From: Longimicrobiales bacterium
Lineage (GTDB): Bacteria > Gemmatimonadota > Gemmatimonadetes > Longimicrobiales > Gaopeijiaceae
Assembly (NCBI GenBank): GCA_965226375.1
Contig: CBDDCX010000008.1
Location: 1,344,001-1,408,000, forward strand
DNA length: 64,000 nucleotides
Direction of reading: 5' to 3'
The stretch's first letter is position 1; the number at the start of each line of letters is the position of its first letter. Both the position numbers and the translations under genes were made by a program. Of the stretch, positions 59,640 through 64,000 are shown one piece after another. Under the pieces are notes generated by a model, which was not told where the DNA came from, ran no database searches, and saw only the letters and a program-made list of their open reading frames with translations.

Positions 59640-60511
59640 AACCAGTACTGAATCGACGTCAGAAGTGCGTACGTGAACGGCACGGTAAAGAATAGCGCAT
59701 CCAACCGATCGAGGGCTCCGCCGTGCCCCGGTAGCAGCCTGCCGGAGTCCTTGACCCCCGCCTCTCGTTTGATGACCGACTCGGCCAGGTCGCCCACCTG
59801 GCCGACCGGGGCAATCAGGGCACTCACTCCTGCCGCTCCGAGCAAGGACAGGCCGAACACGGGCACATTGGAAAGCCAAAGCCACGAGTAGAGGGCGCCG
59901 ACGGCTATGGAGCCCGCAAGACCTCCCACGGACCCCAAGACGGTTTTGTTCGGACTCACCGCCTTGATCAGCTTCGACTTGCCGAAGCGGGTGCCGAATC
60001 CGTAGGCAAAACTGTCCCCGAGCCAGGTAACCCAGATCGGAAAAATGAGGAGGACGGCACCATCAAAGGCGGTCGCGGCCACGGAACTCTGCTCGGGCAG
60101 GGCTCGAAGCAGAATCCAGAAAGACAACGTCCCGCCGGTATAGATGGCGCCACCAACGGTGGTCGCCGCAGCTGCCAGAGGCTGACCTTCCGGCCAACGC
60201 AGCCAAAGGACGAGGGCCACGGCCAACAAAGTGGCCGCAAGCACCAGGGCAAAGGCCACTTGAGAAAAATCGTGGTACGTCGGGTGGACCGTCGCCAAAA
60301 CGGGCAAGGCGATCGCGAGCGAAATCCCCACCCAGCGGAGCGGCTTCGATCCCTTCGCTGAGGCCATCGAGTAGTACTCGGCGGCCGAAACGCCCGAGAC
60401 CAACGCCATCATGATGCCTAGATACCACCCACCCCAGTAGATGATCATCACGGCCATCGGAATCCCGAGTGCCGCAACGCTGAAGCGGCTTACCACTTCC
60501 CCTTTGGGCAT
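59636..60511 (-). CDS. cdsA: Phosphatidate cytidylyltransferase
   Basis: SPNKT, GDLAES.IKR..GVKDSG.LLPGHGG.LDR.D. Confidence 0.96.
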   Translation of the reverse strand: MPKGEVVSRFSVAALGIPMAVMIIYWGGWYLGIMMALVSGVSAAEYYSMASAKGSKPLRWVGISLAIALPVLATVHPTYHDFSQVAFALVLAATLLAVALVLWLRWPEGQPLAAAATTVGGAIYTGGTLSFWILLRALPEQSSVAATAFDGAVLLIFPIWVTWLGDSFAYGFGTRFGKSKLIKAVSPNKTVLGSVGGLAGSIAVGALYSWLWLSNVPVFGLSLLGAAGVSALIAPVGQVGDLAESVIKREAGVKDSGRLLPGHGGALDRLDALFFTVPFTYALLTSIQYWL

Positions 60512-60527
60512 GGACGGGGGCGGCTCC

Positions 60528-61274
60528 CTAGCTGACCGTCACGCGACCGAAGCGGCGATCGCGTTCCTGATAGTCCAAAAGGGCCCGGAAGAGATCAGTC
60601 CTCGAGAAGTCGGGCCACAATACGGGAGTGATGTGCAGCTCCGTATAGGCGAGCTGCCACAGCATGAAGTTACTGATGCGGAGCTCCCCGGAGGTCCGAA
60701 TCAGAAGATCGGGATCGGGAAGCCCCCTGGTGAAGAGAGCTTCGCCGAACGTCTCATCATCGATGTCGTGTGGATCCAGGTCGCCGGCGACCGACCGCTC
60801 GGCCATTACGCGGCAGGCCCGCAAGATTTCTTCCCGGCCCGAATACGAGATCATGAGGTTCAACCGAAGATTCATGCCGCCTGTCGTCTCGGAGACGATC
60901 TCGTCCACGGCGGCCCGAGTGGAGTCATCCAAAGCATCCACGTTCCCCAAGACGTGGACCTCGACCCCCTGCTTCTTCAGCTCGGCCCTCTCCTGGGTGG
61001 AGTACAGTCGCAGCAGACCCATGAGTGCCGTGATCTCGTGGCGTGGGCGTTGCCAGTTTTCGGTGGAGAAGGCGAAGAGAGTGAGGATTTCGATGCCGAC
61101 GTCGGTGGCTCCCTCGATAGTCTCCCTGACCGTCTTCATACCCTCTTTGTGGCCCGCGACACGAGGGAGATGGCGTTGTTCGGCCCACCGTCCGTTGCCA
61201 TCCATGATGATGGCCACGTGTCGGGGGATCTGCCCGTGGACGCGGATTTGCTGAAGGAGTTCCGAAGATGCCAT
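60528..61274 (-). CDS. uppS: Undecaprenyl diphosphate synthase
   Basis: HVAIIMDGNGRWA, FSTENW.RP, DLLIRTSGE.RISNF. Confidence 0.97.
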   Translation of the reverse strand: MASSELLQQIRVHGQIPRHVAIIMDGNGRWAEQRHLPRVAGHKEGMKTVRETIEGATDVGIEILTLFAFSTENWQRPRHEITALMGLLRLYSTQERAELKKQGVEVHVLGNVDALDDSTRAAVDEIVSETTGGMNLRLNLMISYSGREEILRACRVMAERSVAGDLDPHDIDDETFGEALFTRGLPDPDLLIRTSGELRISNFMLWQLAYTELHITPVLWPDFSRTDLFRALLDYQERDRRFGRVTVS

Positions 61275-61326
61275 AACGGAGGAGGGCCGGGTGAAGCGAG
61301 TCGCGGTGGGATGGAACGGCGACCGC

Positions 61327-61875
61327 CTAGATGGCCATCACCTCCTTCTCCTTGAGCTGGAGCATTTCGTCGATCCTGTGGGAGTAATCATCCGTCAGCT
61401 TCTGAACTTCCTCGAGCTCGCGATGGCCCTCGTCCTCTCCCGTTTCGTGCTCCTTGATGGCCTCCTTGATATCCTCGTTGCCCACCCTGCGGGCATGGCG
61501 GATGGAGACCCTGCACTCCTCGGCCATCTGATGCAGGAGTTTGACGTATTCCTTGCGACGCTCCTCGTTCAGGGGCGGAATCGGCACACGGATCAGATTG
61601 CCGTCGTTGGCAGGATTGAGTCCCAGGTCGGCGATCATGATCGCCCGTTCAATATCTGCCAACAGTGCCTTGTCGTACGCCTGGATCACCAGGAGCGACG
61701 CCTCGGGCGCCGAGACGTTGGCCACCTGATTGAGGGGCATCTTCGAGCCGTAGGCGTCGACCCGTATGGTGTCGAGAAGGGCGGGGGTCGCCTTGCCCGT
61801 GCGGACGGTGGCGAACTCACGACGAAGCGCTTCGAGGGCATCGACCATCCGTGACCTGGCTTGCTCCAGCGACAT
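61327..61875 (-). CDS. frr: Ribosome recycling factor
   Basis: RTGKA, DLGLNP, P.LNEERRK, Q.LTD; start ATG at 61875. Confidence 0.96.
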   Translation of the reverse strand: MSLEQARSRMVDALEALRREFATVRTGKATPALLDTIRVDAYGSKMPLNQVANVSAPEASLLVIQAYDKALLADIERAIMIADLGLNPANDGNLIRVPIPPLNEERRKEYVKLLHQMAEECRVSIRHARRVGNEDIKEAIKEHETGEDEGHRELEEVQKLTDDYSHRIDEMLQLKEKEVMAI

Positions 61876-61971
61876 AGCCACCTCTCTACGTGTGTTTTTC
61901 TCGAGCCCGACCAACGGGCCATCCCGAACGGAGGTAGTGACCCCCACGCCGAAGCCTCTCGACGATGGAGA

Positions 61972-62706
61972 CTAGGAAACCAGAGTCCCGACCTGCTCTC
62001 CCCGAATAGCAGCGGAAACGGCACCACGATCTTCCAGATTGAGGACGATGATCGGGAGACCGTTCTCTTTGCAAAGCGAAACGGCAGGGGCATCCATCAC
62101 GCCGAGTTCCCGGGTCACCACCTCCTGGAAAGTAATCGCCGGAATGAACTCTGCCGAGGGGTCGTGTACAGGATCCGCACTGTATATGCCCCTGACCTTA
62201 GTGGCCTTGATCACCACGTCCGAACTCATCTCGATGGCTCGCAATACGGCGGTCGTGTCGGTGGAGAAGTAGGGATTGCCCGTGCCGCCTGCAAAAATCA
62301 CCACTCTCCCCTTCTCCATGTGTCGGAGTGCCCTGCGGCGGATGTAGGGCTCGGCGACCTCTTCCATGCGGATGGCGGTCATGACCCTGGTGGCCACTCC
62401 CTTTCGCTCGAGCAAATCCTGCACCGCCAAGGCATTGATCACCGTCGAAAGCATTCCCATGTAGTCCGCCTGCACACGGTCCATGCCCTTCTGACTCGCG
62501 AGAGCTCCCCGGACGATGTTCCCTCCTCCGATCACCAATCCGAGGCTCACACCCATCTCGTGAACCGCCCCCACCTCGTCCGTGAGTCGATCAACCACCG
62601 ATGGCTCGATCCCGAAACCCTGGTCTCCGGCGAGAGCCTCGCCCGAGAGTTTGAGTAAGACTCTCTGATATTTCAGACCCGGGTTCGTAGCCATTTCGGT
62701 GCTCAA
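61972..62706 (-). CDS. pyrH: Uridylate kinase
   Basis: [29 protein letters not shown]; start is TTG at 62706 or ATG at 62694. Confidence 0.97.
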   Translation of the reverse strand: MSTEMATNPGLKYQRVLLKLSGEALAGDQGFGIEPSVVDRLTDEVGAVHEMGVSLGLVIGGGNIVRGALASQKGMDRVQADYMGMLSTVINALAVQDLLERKGVATRVMTAIRMEEVAEPYIRRRALRHMEKGRVVIFAGGTGNPYFSTDTTAVLRAIEMSSDVVIKATKVRGIYSADPVHDPSAEFIPAITFQEVVTRELGVMDAPAVSLCKENGLPIIVLNLEDRGAVSAAIRGEQVGTLVS

Positions 62707-63302
62707 TCTCCCTCGCCGACCTTCATGCGGGCAAAGCGGCCGACCTCGATCTTCTCACCCGTCTTGGCCGATGTCTCAGTGATCAACTGCTCGATGGTTT
62801 GACCAGGATTCTTTACGAACGCCTGAGGCAGTAACGTGTTCTCTTTAAAGAACTTGTTTAGTTTTCCTTCAACTATTTTCTCGGAGATGTTGTCGGGCTT
62901 GCCCTCCTCCTTGACCTGCTCCAGATAGACCTTGCGCTCCCGCTCGACGATGTCGGCAGGGATGTCGTCGGGAGAAACCGCCATCGGAGCCGACGAGGCG
63001 ATATGGAGCGCCAGGTCCTTGGCGAGGCGTTTGAAGTCGTCCGTGTTCGCGACGAAGTCGGTTTCACAATTGACCTCGACGATCACGGCGGTCCGGCTGT
63101 CGAAGTGGACGTACGAGCCTATGGTACCCTCGTTCGCCGACTTCTCAGCCCGCTTGGCCGCTTTCGCGGCCCCCCTGGCGCGCAGAAGATCGATCGCCGC
63201 CTCAAGATCACCATCGGTCTCTACCAGCGCCTTCTTGCAGTCCATCATGCCCGCCCCGGTTCTATCGCGGAGGGCCTTCACATCCTTTGCAGAAATCGGC
63301 AT
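62703..63302 (-). CDS. tsf: Elongation factor Ts (short form)
   Basis: [26 protein letters not shown]; 199 aa from ATG at 63302. Confidence 0.97.
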   Translation of the reverse strand: MPISAKDVKALRDRTGAGMMDCKKALVETDGDLEAAIDLLRARGAAKAAKRAEKSANEGTIGSYVHFDSRTAVIVEVNCETDFVANTDDFKRLAKDLALHIASSAPMAVSPDDIPADIVERERKVYLEQVKEEGKPDNISEKIVEGKLNKFFKENTLLPQAFVKNPGQTIEQLITETSAKTGEKIEVGRFARMKVGEGD

Positions 63303-63338
63303 TCGTTCAGTCCGTGTTACTCGAGTTGTTGTTCTGGT

Positions 63339-63380
63339 TAAGAGAAAGAGGCGGGAGCGCCCAGCTGCTCCGCCTCTCTC
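63339..63380 (-). terminator. Hairpin between rpsB and tsf (weak terminator/attenuator)
   Basis: Minus strand agaggcggagc-agctgggc-gctcccgcctct followed by ttctctt. Confidence 0.5.
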
Positions 63381-63417
63381 GACCCCAAGAAGCTCTGGGG
63401 CACTGTTACTGCGGTGC

Positions 63418-64000
63418 TCAGGACTCCGACTCAGCCTCACCCTGTTCAGCTTCGGTCTTCGTAGCGTCGTCAGCCACTTTTTCCTCAGAGGTGGCGGCCG
63501 CGCCTTCGTTGGCTACCGCAGCAGCCGCGTCTTGATCTGCTGCCTGGGCGGTTGCGCCTTCATCCGCTGGCTCGGCAGCTGGCACCTCATCCTTCGTCTG
63601 AGCCGCGGACGCCTCCTCCTTCGCTGCACCCCCGGCCTTGCCGCCCGTCTTCTCGGCGATCGCCTCGGGGAGAGGGTGTCGCTTCGAGCGTCGCCTGGCA
63701 GCCGGGCGACTCGAAGCCTCTGTGGTCTCACCGGTCTCCGTAGAATACGTCGTCGCCTGCGCCTCTTGAACCAACCGTTTTTGCTCAGCCGGCACCTGCG
63801 TGCTCGCGATCTGAACCGACTCGGCGATGGCCTTGGTGATCAGACCGACCGACCGAATCGCGTCGTCGTTGCCGGGCACCGGATAATCGATGAGATCGGG
63901 ATCGGCGTTCGTGTCCGTGATGGCGATGACCGGGATCCCGAGACGGTGCGCCTCGCGGACCGCGATCGCCTCACGCCGGACGTCGACCACGAACACGGCA
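63418..64000 (-). CDS. rpsB: 30S ribosomal protein S2 (C-terminal part; 5' end outside window)
   Basis: [27 protein letters not shown]; long Ala/Glu-rich tail. Confidence 0.95.
   Translation of the reverse strand, partial: AVFVVDVRREAIAVREAHRLGIPVIAITDTNADPDLIDYPVPGNDDAIRSVGLITKAIAESVQIASTQVPAEQKRLVQEAQATTYSTETGETTEASSRPAARRRSKRHPLPEAIAEKTGGKAGGAAKEEASAAQTKDEVPAAEPADEGATAQAADQDAAAAVANEGAAATSEEKVADDATKTEAEQGEAESES

Noticed and set aside
5892..63440. Long N-terminal extensions in the ORF track (rsmI, proS, mrdA, mreC, ribF, truB, nusA, murA, EIIA, gatA, dxr, tsf)
   Set aside because: The track takes the most upstream start; conserved N-termini, RBS positions and stop/start overlaps support the downstream starts given in the features

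Overview
GC-rich bacterial core-genome window, mostly minus-strand housekeeping genes. Gene content and order suggest a Gemmatimonadota-like organism (inference only). Housekeeping content: rpsB(partial)-tsf-pyrH-frr-uppS-cdsA-dxr-rseP; serS, a sensor kinase, pcrA and gatCAB; murA; rimP-nusA-L7Ae-infB-DUF503-rbfA-truB-ribF-rpsO-pnp-M16 peptidase-ald-dut; mreBCD-mrdA-rodA-accD-folC-hisS-proS-lysA-guaA; trxA, mce and rsmI. I saw no tRNA, rRNA, CRISPR array or transposase. Two clusters are the best candidates for uncharacterised systems: (1) a plus-strand block at 40812-44472 encoding PTS EIIA, a P-II-like protein, a CPA2-type cation antiporter, a DUF948-like protein and a secreted Zn-phospholipase C/S1-P1-fold enzyme, ending in an exact 16-nt tandem duplication; (2) a translationally coupled DUF4159 / 1125-aa coiled-coil / TPR envelope operon at 1-5860. 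Finer signals: an in-frame TAG in a well-signalled lipoprotein gene, probable non-canonical starts (CTG in pcrA, ATA in mreB), candidate leaderless mRNAs (rsmI, hisS), structured leaders (rimP, rpsO, pnp) and a Cys-to-Asp MurA. All family assignments come from motif recognition by eye, not database searches.
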